A stretch of 64,000 nt of DNA from Lepidodermella squamata (Eukaryota > Animalia > Gastrotricha). The notes under the pieces were generated by a model. That model was not told the DNA's origin and did no database searches. It saw nothing but the letters and a program-made list of their open reading frames with translations. Position numbers and translations under genes: made by a program. Positions within the stretch are counted from its first letter, which is position 1. Every line of letters begins with the position of its first letter. This document shows positions 52,135 through 63,280 of the stretch, piece after piece. Location of the stretch: positions 1,860,001 through 1,924,000 of the forward strand of contig JBLDXI010000001.1 in NCBI GenBank assembly GCA_047495785.1, written 5' to 3'.

Positions 52135-52521
52135 ATGGATAATTGGAACGTTGAGCGGAAGAAATTGCTAGAAGAGATAGCCCAACTTCGCAACGCGAAC
52201 GATCAATTGATTAAGGAGAACGAACATCTGAAAATGATGAAAAAAGGTACTGGAGGCTTATCGGTTTTAATCTGGAAGCATCGGTTTTAATCTGCAAGCA
52301 ATGTTTTGATTATTTCAGAAAACTACGTGTTTCCGGATGAGAAAATTTCCGCCGATCAGACTAGTTGTCATGTTTGTGGGAAGCGATTTGCCACGGCGAG
52401 ACTTTTAGGGCAACACATGCACACGCATGACGCTGTCGCAAGGTTCACCTGCAACGTCTGTAACGCAAGTTTCCGCCATCGCAGCAACCTGTACCGGCAT
52501 GAGAAAAGCCATAAGCAATAA
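52135..52521 (+). CDS. Z1: coiled coil plus two C2H2 fingers (~105 aa, 2 exons)
   Basis: MDNWNVERKKLLEEIAQLRNANDQLIKENEHLK | CHVCGKRF..HMHTH DAVARF TCNVC..HEKSH. Confidence 0.85.
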
Positions 52522-52629
52522 TAAATTTGACCAAGTACCCATGAATCTCCATGAACAATTTTATCATATGAATTTCCTTGTTCTGAATTTACGGGATTTT
52601 CATATTAGCCGATCTTAGGTTTTGACGGA

Positions 52630-53355
52630 ATGGATACTGTATTACACCCAGCCCTAGAAAGCGGCATGGGCCTCTTAGCCGATTTGGGCAAGCGCTACCA
52701 AACGATCGATTTGTTCCTCGACGATTTGGTTAAAACTTTCGATGCAAATTTTGACGCAAAAGTTCGCATGGGAGATGTTATCAAACAGTACATGGCTACC
52801 ATTCAGTCGCTGGTCCACGATCTCAGCTCAGTTTTGACCCTGTTTCAAGAATCTATTTCCGACGAACCCGAGACATGTGTTCCCTCATCGGGCCAGGTGT
52901 TTCGTTCAGCTGGGAATTTTATGTCGAAGCCTAGCGAACCTCTAATGAGTCTTCTCCCTGTCGTGCTGAATCAGTCTTTTTGGAAGTCGTTCCAGAATGC
53001 CGAGAAAACAAATTCAGCTGATGCCCTTATTTCACGGAAATCTTCTCAGCACAATAGACTGGCTAGAAGTTCGAAGAAGAAGAAAGTTGAGTCGAAAAAA
53101 GCTCGTGGCAGACCGCCAGCGTCGAAAAAGGCCTCGGAGAACTCTGGAAAATCTCATAAGAAAAAGTTGACTCCCGACGACCGGCCGCCGAACCCTGTTT
53201 CCGGGATTGGTCTGCGACTGAGAAACAGAACCCCGATTAAAAGATCATTGCTGGACCCTGCCAGCGTGTTCAGTAGCAGCGAGGAAGATATGTCTGAAGC
53301 CGCCGAAGCTACACCGACTCCCGAACTTGAAAATGAAGTCCCAGCAAACTGCTGA
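52630..53355 (+). CDS. Z2: orphan nuclear-type protein with helical N-terminus and AT-hook-like motif
   Basis: 241-aa single-exon ORF containing KKARGRPPA and basic NLS-like tracts; no zinc finger. Confidence 0.75.
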   Translation: MDTVLHPALESGMGLLADLGKRYQTIDLFLDDLVKTFDANFDAKVRMGDVIKQYMATIQSLVHDLSSVLTLFQESISDEPETCVPSSGQVFRSAGNFMSKPSEPLMSLLPVVLNQSFWKSFQNAEKTNSADALISRKSSQHNRLARSSKKKKVESKKARGRPPASKKASENSGKSHKKKLTPDDRPPNPVSGIGLRLRNRTPIKRSLLDPASVFSSSEEDMSEAAEATPTPELENEVPANC

Positions 53356-53542
53356 ATTGCGTTCTTACTGATACATTTTTCTTATTATCGTGATCATTCT
53401 TGTGAATCTCTCTGCTCCAACTCTTTGCCTTTCATTTGCTCTCGTCAGAGTATGTAAATAGCGTGAATTAAAATTGTGAAAAATTCTATTTAATCCCAAG
53501 TTTCAATGATCTATTCGAATTTTATTTCAGTTTCCCGGTAAA

Positions 53543-54185
53543 ATGTCTGGCTCCGAGCTGTCTCCTGAAATGTGTAAGTCAATTTGTTGATCTTTTCGGC
53601 CTGTTCTAGCAATTTAATTTCGTCAGGGAACGGTCAGTTGCCTCGTACTTTTCTATCAAATCTCAAGTTATGATTCACTCAGAGCTGAAGGATCTTGTCA
53701 GGGAGAACAATAAGAGACTCGCCCAAACTTACTTCAAAATGACGCAATTAATGCAAATTTACGGGGTTGCCATGAAAGTCATGCGACGTTAGTTTCTAAT
53801 TTCGTTTTTTCCTTGTTATTGTTATGTTTTTTTTTCAGGTGGTTCAAATCGACTTGCCGACGATCGCGCTTCTTCTGTTGCTTCTATCGCTGAACTAGCG
53901 CCATGGATCAGACCGGTTGATAAGCCCGAATCGGTTGGAAATACCGAAACCAGCCATCCAGTACCCAATAAACCGCCCGTTCCTGTCTCTACTGGCAAGT
54001 CGAAAAATTCAGTGCGCAAGAAACCTCCCGAACCCGCTGAAAAGCGTTCATTACGAAGTTCGAAAAATGCAGCCAGGAGGCGATCGGACGGTGTCCACAG
54101 ATGCAACAAATGCGGCGCTGGGTTTTGGTTCACGGGCGCTCTAAAACGGCACGTAGCCAGTGAACATGGTAGAAAGAAGAAGTGA
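53543..54185 (+). CDS. Z3: helical N-terminus plus one C2H2 finger (3 exons; not in the ORF track)
   Basis: Exon from 53839 is open to HRCNKCGAGFWFTGALKRHVASEH-GRKKK-TGA; middle exon contains QVMIHSELKDLVRE. Confidence 0.7.
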
Positions 54186-54308
54186 TTTATTTTTTGTTAT
54201 AATTTTCGAAGTTCTGTTTTTGATGATTTGCGACACTCGCCTCGCGGCTGTGATGCTCAACTCTTGTAAATTCGCAAATGAATTTTCTTTAGCTTCATTT
54301 TTTAAGCT

Positions 54309-54702
54309 ATGATAAGTCCCCATACCTCGGATGGAAATCGCAAAGTAAGTGACGGATATCCCGAATCGGACGCTGCCAAAACTAGCGAGGATCCAGATCA
54401 AACCAAGGCTGTAGATGATAAGAAAGTTGAAGCATCAAGCTCTAAGTTGTCGCTAGCTGCGTCGGAAAATTGCTTCTACGATGCTGCTGAGAACACCGAC
54501 GAGACCGATGAATTTGTTACAGGTCCTTTTAAGCCATTGTAAATACAGTTTTATTGTGCTATTTCTTTTAGGAGATGAGGATGAGTTGGATTTGATTTCA
54601 GAACGAGCTGTTTTAGCTGAGTTGGTCAATCGTGCAAAGAACATGAAGCGAAGGTTAGGCGTACTTGAAGCGAAGCTTCACATCATGGCTAGCAAGAAAT
54701 GA
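54309..54702 (+). CDS. Z4: small acidic protein with C-terminal coiled coil (2 exons)
   Basis: ORFs 54309.. and ..54702 can be joined by a phase-1 GT-AG intron; ends ERAVLAELVNRAKNMKRRLGVLEAKL. Confidence 0.6.
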
Positions 54703-55235
54703 ATCGAAATTCAACGGATTTTATTTTATTGAGTTTTCGTGCTTTTTATTGTGTTTTGAATATCTGCTGAAAATTGCTGGAACTTGGAAATGCTCGTAAT
54801 GAGGGAACAACTTTTTTTTTTATTTTTTGAGAAATTAATTACCTGATTTTTGCGGAAATGCCAGCCGTTCGAGGCATGAGCGGAATTTTTCGGAGAATTG
54901 GGGTGCCTACTTCCAAGGTTTGATTCGGTGGATTTCAGTTATTTCAGACATCGGACGTTTGGCTCGAATCTTTGACGAACGGTTTGGCAAAACTTGAAAT
55001 GGACATCGTACTAAACTCGTTGAAATTTGAGATTTCAATGATCTTGTTGGCGATGATCCGGAACAAACGGGTTTCGCTGTTTTGATATTTCTCCGCTGTG
55101 TCAAGAAGGTTCGAACTTCAGACCAATTGATGAACTTCAGTGGGTACTATGAGCTATCGAATATCCTGTTTTACCATAGCAGTTAGCTTTGTCCTGCTGA
55201 GTTCAATGAAGGTGGTATTTTCTCCATGTTAGGGC

Positions 55236-55937
55236 ATGCTTTTATCTATGGAAAACTGCGATCCAACTAACCAGTGTGCTATATGCCGCAAGACCTTTCA
55301 CTCTGCCAGTTTGTTATCGGAACATCATCTTCGCCTGCACCCATCGTCTCAACCTACTGAAACTGGCGACAGATATATTATACAAAGTTCAGCGAAATCT
55401 CTTTCAGTTGTTCATGAGAATACAAAAAATCGAAATGCATATCGATGCTCCGCATGTGAAAAAACTTTCGCATTGAGTAGGGAGCGGCGCAGTCACGAGA
55501 AATTGGCGCATGGAATGATTGGTACTGGATCAACCAAGATATCTTGCTTTCGATGTGGAAAAGAATTCGATGGACGAATGCGATTGAGCCGGCATCTGCA
55601 GAGAAGCATTACATGTCATCTGAGTTCAGCTAAACCTACCGCAGTCGTTGAAGCGAGTCGAAACAACACACTTCCGAGCTCTGCATTATTCGGTAAAATT
55701 AATTTTCTGTAACCCCCGAAATTTTACCGTCTTTGATTTATACTTCTAGCCCGCAATCATCGATGTCTGATATGCTTCGAAATCTTCAGAAGGGCGGCTG
55801 ATAGGATAGCACATGAAAGCAAAATGCATGGACTGGTGAAGCGAAAGAACCCGGTATGGACCTGTAAGCACTGTGAAAGGACCTACCGTTATCGAGACAG
55901 GTTGATCAGTCACCTGATGTCTCTTAAAAACTCGTAA
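55236..55937 (+). CDS. Z5: multi-C2H2/C2HC zinc-finger protein (about 5 fingers)
   Basis: CAICRKTF..HHLRLH, CSACEKTF..HEKLAH, CFRC..H..C; last exon CLICFEIF..HESKMH, WTCKHC. Confidence 0.82.
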
Positions 55938-56434
55938 TTGTGATCGAAGTATTGGCTGATATGATACATCTTTTTGATTTCTTTGCTTATTGATATTTGC
56001 TAACTAATTTTCAAGAGTTGTTTTTTGGGTTGCCTTCAGAGACATAGTTCTTATATTTAAGCTAAAAACAATCAATCAATCATCCCATTAGTGGAAAGGC
56101 TGGAAACTTGACTTCAGCAGATTTAAACAGAAATTAACTCGGCTTGCTACTTTGAATTTCTTCGAATTTCGAACGACTTGATCGGAAGTTCTTATTGAAT
56201 CAGTTTTCATCAATCAGCTTATTCATTTGGCCGTGGGCGCTGATGTGAGCTTTGAGAGCTTGGATTGGGCTTTTGATGGGCTATCAGGAATCTCGTCATA
56301 ATTTAGCTTGAATACCAAGAAATGAGTTTTTATTATCATTTGTCGTCCCAGACTTGGGAGTTTTATGCCTCGTGGAAAGGACCACAATTAATTTTTCTTA
56401 AAACGGACTGCATTCCTTTAGACTCAATTATATT

Positions 56435-56854
56435 ATGGACCACAGAGCTTGCGAAGCCGAGATCAGTAAGCTGAAGAGTTCGAACAAGCGCCTGACGGAT
56501 GAGCTGAAATCTCTGAGGCAAATATTAGCCGGTATTCCGAGTTTTAAGCTGATTTTTTTTCATTAGCTATGTTTTATCTTTATTAGCTCACTCGCAGAAG
56601 TTAGCTGACGGTGGAGATTCGGGTCTAAAAAGCGTCCTTCACATGTGCATCGTTTGCGAAAAAGTCATAACGGTGGAAATTTCGCACTTGATTTTTGATC
56701 TTTGAGTTTTTTTCAGAGTTTCTCCTCAAACTCTGCTCTGGTTAACCACATGCCTGTCCACGATGCGGTACCGAGGTTCGCCTGCGAAAATTGCGGCAAA
56801 GCCTACCGTCAACAATGCAATCTATCTACCCACAAAAAGAATTGTTCCGGCTGA
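56435..56854 (+). CDS. Z6: coiled coil plus two fingers (3 exons; not in the ORF track)
   Basis: MDHRACEAEISKLKSSNKRLTDELKSLRQIL | HMCIVCEK | SFSSNSALVNHMPVHDAVPRFACENCGKAYRQQCNLSTHKKNC; near-identical to Z9. Confidence 0.88.
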
Positions 56855-57292
56855 CTCTGAAAATACGAGAGATAATTATAAACGGATTAGTCCTAAAATA
56901 GACATTTATCTAAAATTATGAAGCCGATTCCCATTTACGATTTCCATAGTGTCGTATTTATATCATGTTGAATTGCGCAACCTCATACTATCGAATACAT
57001 TCGTTCATTCACTCCCGAAAGTTGGTTCGATTGATCGGGCCGAATCGAAGCAAGGGTTTGAAAGTGGCTGGAAAAGATCATTGGGTCAAGGGGAAAGCGC
57101 CCATCAAAGCTATTCCAGGTCCTCGTCAAGTTTTGGAGATGACTAAAAAGTAACTGAACAAATTTTTTACTCGGTAGTATCTATGATCAATCAATCATAA
57201 AAACTGAATGTCGGTGGAAATTGGGCGTTTAACCATATTTTAGACCCTATGCTACCTATCGCTTCTAGCTGACTGTTGTCAAATAATAGGCG

Positions 57293-58296
57293 ATGCCGTT
57301 TACTATGAAATGGGTACCAACCGAGGGACGCCTGAAGACGTTTCATTCGACCGATGTATTGGAGGAACATAGTAGCCGCCTTCACAACTCGCTCTTGCCA
57401 CCGCTCCCTTCGGCAGCTGACGATACTGTTGACAAACGTCTGAACTGCATGAAATCTACATCAGATTTTCAAGACGTTGATCCTAATCGAATAGTTGCCA
57501 AAGCTCAGAATCAATGCCATCGTTGCGCCGCTTGTGACGAAACGTTTACATCGGTTTCTGAGCGTCGCCACCACGAGCGTCTGACTCACGGATTTACTAA
57601 TGCTAAATCAGCTAAGATTGCTTGTTCCCTATGCGGAAAATCCTTCAGTCGACGCCCGCATCTCACGAGACATCGGCTGAGTCGGCGCTCGTGTGATTTG
57701 CCAAGTTCGAATGAGCCTAATAATTCCCCAGCTGTGGCCACGAAATTATCTGATTCGGGTGTCAAAAACTTCCTTAACATGTGCATCGTTTGCGAAAAAG
57801 CAATAACGGAGAAAGCGTCAACTTTGACCTTTGATCTTTGATTTTTTGCAGAGTTTCACGTCGAACTCGGCTCTGGTTGATCATATGCCTGCCCACGATG
57901 CTGTGCCGAGATTTCCTTGTGAAAATTGCAGCAGAACCTACCGCCAGCGATGCAGCCTCTCCACCCACATGAAGAGATGTCACCCAGCTATGGCCATGAA
58001 GACGCTCCGCCTGCACAAGCAAGCGACCCGTAAATCGATTCGTATGATATTGATAGGCAATATTATCGGTTTCTATGTTTAATTACCCTTTAGCCCACAC
58101 TCATCAATGTCTGATATGTCCGGAAATTTTCACAAGCTCGAATGATCGAATCGAGCATGAAAGATCAATGCATGCGCTGGTGACCGGGAAGAACACGACA
58201 TGGTCTTGTAGGCAATGCAGTCGGAATTATGGCTCAAGAGCCAGCTTGATCAGGCACCTCGCATCTCTGGGTCATAAGTTGAATAATGGCGAATAG
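57293..58296 (+). CDS. Z8: chimeric zinc-finger gene (Z5-type frame with a Z6-type two-finger cassette)
   Basis: CAACDETF..HERLTH, CSLC, then MCIVCEK|SFTSNSALVDHMPAHDAVPRFPCENC, then CLICPEIF..HERSMH, WSCRQC. Confidence 0.8.
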
Positions 58297-58414
58297 TTTC
58301 ATTATCTTTAGACGTACTTGAATCTATTGTATTATATTTATAAACGTGTAAGAAGCCGGTTGAAAATCCCTTGATGCCGAGAAACTTTTCAAATTCATTA
58401 GAATATTTCTTATT

Positions 58415-58827
58415 ATGGATCACAGAGCTTGCAACGCCGAGATCAGTAAGCTGAAAAACACTGTAAAACGACAGGCGGATGAGCTAAAATCGCTGAGGCA
58501 AATATTAGCAGGTAGCTTTTCTTCTTGGATGTCTTTTGAATAGGGCTGATTTCCTTATAGCTCACTCGCAAAAGTTACCTGATGGTGGAGATTCAGAGCT
58601 CAAAGGTGTCCTTCACATGTGCATCGTCTGCGAAAAGGTTGTGTTTGTTGCATTCTCTTCTGCCCTTCCGATTCTTCGTTTATTTCCAGAGTTTCGCGTC
58701 GACCCGAGCTCTGAGTGATCATATGCCTGTCCACGATGCTATGCCGAGATTTGCCTGTGAAAATTGCGGCAAAACCTACCGCCAGCGATGCAATCTGTCC
58801 ACCCACAGGAAGAATTGCTTCAACTGA
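58415..58827 (+). CDS. Z9: coiled coil plus two fingers, paralogue of Z6 and Z1
   Basis: MDHRACNAEISKLKNTVKRQADELKSLRQIL | HMCIVCEK | ..HMPVHDAMPRFACENC; same intron positions as Z6. Confidence 0.88.
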
Positions 58828-58907
58828 CTATAGAACAGATTCGTTAAATGACGTTCGTAGAATTTCAATTTCCTCTCTTTTAGGGTCTATCCTATATAAA
58901 AACGATA

Positions 58908-59442
58908 ATGTTCACCTGTGCACTGTGCCGGAAAACTTTCAAATCTCTCGATTTGAGGAACGAGCATGAAACCCGCATGAAACCCGTGTGCACGGCGGCA
59001 AAGCAGTTTCGAATTCGACATCGAATACACCGAATCCCCACAAACCCAGTGACGATTCAGTAATATGGACAAAAGTCTTGAAAAAGCGAACCCGCATTCC
59101 GAAATTGGCAAAGAAACCCGTACCCGTTAAATGCTCTAATTGTTCTCGGCAATTTGCAAGCCGCATGCACATGAAACGCCACGTGAAGTTGGGAAGATGT
59201 GGAAAAAGTATCTCTGCTCATTTTATTCAAGTATTAATCGATTTCTGATCATTTTTTAATCAGCTCGGACGCACCGCTGCTTCGCTTGTCCTGTTGTTTT
59301 CCCAAATGCGGTCGATCGGCGTCGCCACGAGGCTTCGAATCATGACAAGCCGCCTTGGAAGTGCCAGCGATGCGGCGCGAGCTTCACGATGTATAAAAAT
59401 TGGGAAAAACATAAATTGAGTGTTCATAGACTGAAAAAATGA
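58908..59442 (+). pseudogene. Z10: Z5-type zinc-finger gene frameshifted by an 11-bp tandem duplication
   Basis: catgaaacccg occurs twice at 58965-58986. Removing one copy restores CALCRKTF..EHETRVH in frame with the downstream fingers. Confidence 0.7.
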
Positions 59443-59590
59443 ACATTCTTTGGTGTCGGGAAACTTCCACCTGGTTATGTAATTAAATAACTGTTATCAT
59501 TTGGAGTAAATGATTCTTAAATTAATTTTCTCATGTGAGCTCTTAGGTGTGGAATTTACTTTGCGTTGATTCTTAAGCCGACTTCACGTT

Positions 59591-60195
59591 ATGCCTCGAA
59601 CTAAGAGTATTTCCGAAGATGTGGTTGGCCTAAGGACGATGATAACCGAAGCGTATGTCACCGTTTCGGACGCAATGGCGACATTAGCCCGCGCGAGTGC
59701 AGCTGTTGACATATTAAGCTCTCAAATTTCAAGTGCTCAAGAGGAAATCTCAGGCTGTACGAAAGCATATATTACCGTCACGAAAGGCTACAAAGCAGAA
59801 GGTTGCGTTGAAACCTGCGTCTGTTCCACCGGCTGAAATCTCGAATTCAGAAAATTTCGAAGGCCAAGCTGAAACCCACGCCTGCCAGGTCCCCTCGAAA
59901 AAGGTCCCCCGAAGAAGGAAAGACTGCTGAGGTTGCAAAAATTATGAAGACGCCAAGTATGACGTTCCATTTTTTATCGGCCATTTTGCTGACGTTCACA
60001 TTTTTTTCCTCAGGCGGAACAGTACTTGTTATCGCAGGAAAGAAGGCCCCCACAATTTCCAAGTTTCGCCAGTGTCCTACTGCTGAGCAGAAGTCGAAAG
60101 AACCCGCTCAATCTTTTCCCTGCTCGATATGCAAAAGGAATTACGTTTCCAGGTCGGGCGTTCTTCGCCACATCGTAAAATTTCACTCGTCGTAA
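59591..60195 (+). pseudogene. Z11: frameshifted duplicate of Z12
   Basis: Homology to Z12 is spread over three reading frames (MPRTK.., QKVALKP.., KAKL..EVAKIMKT) with an internal deletion; the first frame stops at 59836. Confidence 0.7.
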
Positions 60196-60499
60196 TTTGG
60201 CTAGTCTTGGTCATCTTTCATATTTTCTTCTATAAAACGACATATAGAACATAAATTGAGTGTTCATAGACTGAAAAATTGATATTCTGTGACGTTGGGA
60301 GACTTCAACCTGTACATAATATTTGCTATTTTTTTGAGAATGAGAATCTGTACAGCTGTTTTCAAACAAGTCCTAGGTAGTCATTTTATTTCGAAGAATT
60401 TGATTAAATTTCATGTTTTTTATGTGATCTTTTTTAGTGTTAAAGAGGTGTATATTTTCAAGATACACTTTGCTTTGATCTTTGAATCATCTTCACATA

Positions 60500-61221
60500 A
60501 TGCCTCAAACTAAGAGGAGTGTTTCCGAAGAGGTGGTAGGTTTGCGTAACATGATTTCCGAAGCTTACATCAGCATTTCCGATGCCTTGGCCACCCTTGG
60601 TCGAGCGAGCGCAGCTGTTGCCATTATAAGTTCGAAGCAAGGCGCTGAAGAGGAAATTACCGACTATCCGAAGGCTTACATTCCCCCCAGGACTGCTTTC
60701 GCGAAGCAAAAGAAAAAGATAAGTGTCATGCCTAATGCAATGGCTACGATCGACTCTACTCCGGTTAATTTACCTCCATCGGTCAATAATGATTCAGAAA
60801 AATCAACGGGGATTCGAAAAGTTGAAGGGAAGCAGAAGCGAGAAAAAGTTGCGTTGAAACCTCCTTCTATCCAATCGACGGCCCCTAAGGCCAAGCTGGA
60901 AACCGCGTCTGTTAAGCCTCTCCGAAGAAAGTCCGACGAAGGATGGAAGACTTCTGAGGTCGCTAAGATAATGAAAACTCGAAGTATGATTTTTCTATTG
61001 TCCATATTTCTGGAGTTGACATTTTTGTCTCAGGTGGAACGGTACTAGTGATTGCAGGGAACAAGGCATCAACCATTTCCAAGTTTCGCCAGCGGCCCAG
61101 CGCAGAGCCCAAATCGAAAAAATCAGCCGATTCAACGTCTTTTCCCTGTTCGATATGCAAACGGAATTACGCTTCTAGGTCCGGCGTCCTTCGCCACGTC
61201 AAGAAATTTCATTCTTCGTAA
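60500..61221 (+). CDS. Z12: helical N-terminal module plus one C2H2 finger (2 exons)
   Basis: EEVVGLRNMISEAYISISDALATLGRASAAV; last exon FPCSICKRNYASRSGVLRHVKKFH. Confidence 0.82.
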
Positions 61222-61450
61222 TATTTGGCTAGTAAATGGTCATCTTTCCTAGTTTTCGTAGCACTTGAACTTAGTTACCTTATTACCTTCTCAACCGAAT
61301 ACAACATTCGGATGAGAACCGGCATCCTGCTATTGGAATCTAAAAACTGAATAAATAAAATGAATATAATCGATCTGATCTGGTCATTTCATAATTTATT
61401 CTGAATTTAGATTTTGCGAGTTACCTGAAATCAATTCGAGTGGTGTTAAT

Positions 61451-62013
61451 ATGAACGAGGAATTGGATGAAATTCGGAACCTTATCGGCAAGGCTTATCT
61501 GTGCATTTCTGATAGCTTGGCGGTCCTTGCAAACGCTAGCGTAGCTGCCAGCCAGCTTCAGGCAAGAGCATCGAATATTTCGTCTTCTGTCCGGAAAAAT
61601 CGGAAAATTCCGTTGATTCCCAAATCACCACCCGAAGTTACGAGGAAGACGCGTGGCAGGCCATGCAAAGCTTCCTTGGGCGCTATCAGATCTATTCGAA
61701 AAAAATTGCTGATTGCCAAAGCGCAGAGAATGCGAAAGAAAGCTTCTTCAGGTATCAATTTTTTAGTGCGTGTTTTTTTGGCATTTTTTGGCTACTTTTA
61801 GGAGTCGAATCTTCGGCGGATGATTGGAATAAGCTTGTCCGGGAAACCTTCAGACACCGTCGAGGAGGAATCACTGCACCATCAAAACGATCGAATACTC
61901 TGTTTCATTGTCATTTGTGCCCCTCTATGTTGGCAACGCGAGCTAACTTGACGCGCCACGTTGCCACCCTCCATCCTTGCCGCAGTAGTAAACGAAAAAT
62001 GAGGCCGAAATGA
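61451..62013 (+). CDS. Z13: helical N-terminal module, AT-hook-like motif, one C2H2 finger (2 exons)
   Basis: EELDEIRNLIGKAYLCISDSLAVLANASVAA; RKTRGRP; FHCHLCPSMLATRANLTRHVATLH. Confidence 0.82.
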
Positions 62014-62212
62014 GGATTTCAAAGGATTTTGAAAGCATTGACTTTCCACTTCAAAGTTCGACAAACTCTGAATTTTCATGTCATCTCAATTTTTTGTCCC
62101 GTGAAACATTTTGTAAAGCTATGAGAATTTATTATCTCGACCCTGGAAAAATATTCGCTCCCACACTTGTTTTATTAGGAAACTCTTGGAATCTTAATCT
62201 CAAGTCGTTTGA

Positions 62213-62503
62213 ATGGCGAAGGAAAGATCGTTAGCGAAGCTCGATGAAATGCAGTCTAGCTTATTCCGTCTAATTCAAAAGTCAGGTTTGGATGATACGA
62301 TTCGTTCTTTTGCCGTCGAGCAGGTGAAGGCGATCAAATACTTGCGCGAGCTCATCGATCGGGAGTGGCCGGATGCTGCTAAGATTGCTGGCGGCTACAA
62401 CTTCGAAATGACGCCTGAAAATTCCTGCCCCATTTGCCTGAAAACTATCTCACGGAAACGCGACCTGAAGCGGCACATTGCCACGGTTCATACACGTAAA
62501 TAA
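62213..62503 (+). CDS. Z14: 96-aa helical module plus one C2H2 finger
   Basis: Single-exon ORF containing CPICLKTISRKRDLKRHIATVH. Confidence 0.85.
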   Translation: MAKERSLAKLDEMQSSLFRLIQKSGLDDTIRSFAVEQVKAIKYLRELIDREWPDAAKIAGGYNFEMTPENSCPICLKTISRKRDLKRHIATVHTRK

Positions 62504-62732
62504 ATTTGGGACCATACTCGGGGTGGAAGTCAATTTTCTTAAGTATTGTTGAATGGAGTACGCTGAATTTTTCATGGAAAATGATTGCAATTTCATCTCT
62601 TTTCGTAAATAAATCTATAATCGTAAATGAATGAAAATTTCGAACTTGCTGATTTCAGTTTCATTTTTAATATGGCGACATGATTGGAGGGTTTCAAATT
62701 TTTTAGACTTTAAAGAGTGGCTAAATCCCTCA

Positions 62733-63199
62733 ATGGCGAAAGCAAAGTGCTTGAAATTAGTAGAATCGATGAGATCTTCCATGACGAATTTGATGATCGA
62801 ATCTGAACTGAAGGAACCCGACATGCGATGTCCGCACGAACCAGCCATAACGAAGCAAGTCGAAATGCTCAAACAGCTTGAACACGAAATTTCGGCGAAT
62901 TGGGCTGATCCAACTGTTCCTAAAACGAAACGTAACCACGCTTTTCCAGGGGTAAAGAAATGGTGTTGCATCTTCATTTCAATTTGTTAGTAGTAGAAAC
63001 TGTTTCCTACGCTTTTGAGAACTTGGCTGAAAACGTTTGTCCGGTCTGCGGTCTTGAAATGAAGAACAAATTGGTCGTGAAGGGACACATGGAGGCTCGT
63101 CACAATCCGAATCCGAAAAAGTTCCAATGCGACAAATGCGAAAAGTTCTATTTGTTTTCTGGAAGCTTGTCTAATCACAAAAAGAGCGCTCATCAGTGA
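62733..63199 (+). CDS. Z15: helical module plus two C2H2 fingers (2 exons), related to Z14
   Basis: MAKAKCLKLVESMRSS..IESEL..KQVEMLKQL; intron 62932-~62990; CPVC..HMEARH, FQCDKC..HKKSAH. Confidence 0.85.
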
Positions 63200-63280
63200 C
63201 GACTTATCGATTATATTATTTATCTAGCTGTTCTCCCGATTATTTTTAGATTCTCTATTTAATCTAAGGCAAAGTGAACA

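Noticed and set aside
56949-57153. Short ORFs between Z6 and Z8 as an additional array gene
   Set aside because: No finger or shared module and no supported splice structure; left uncalled.
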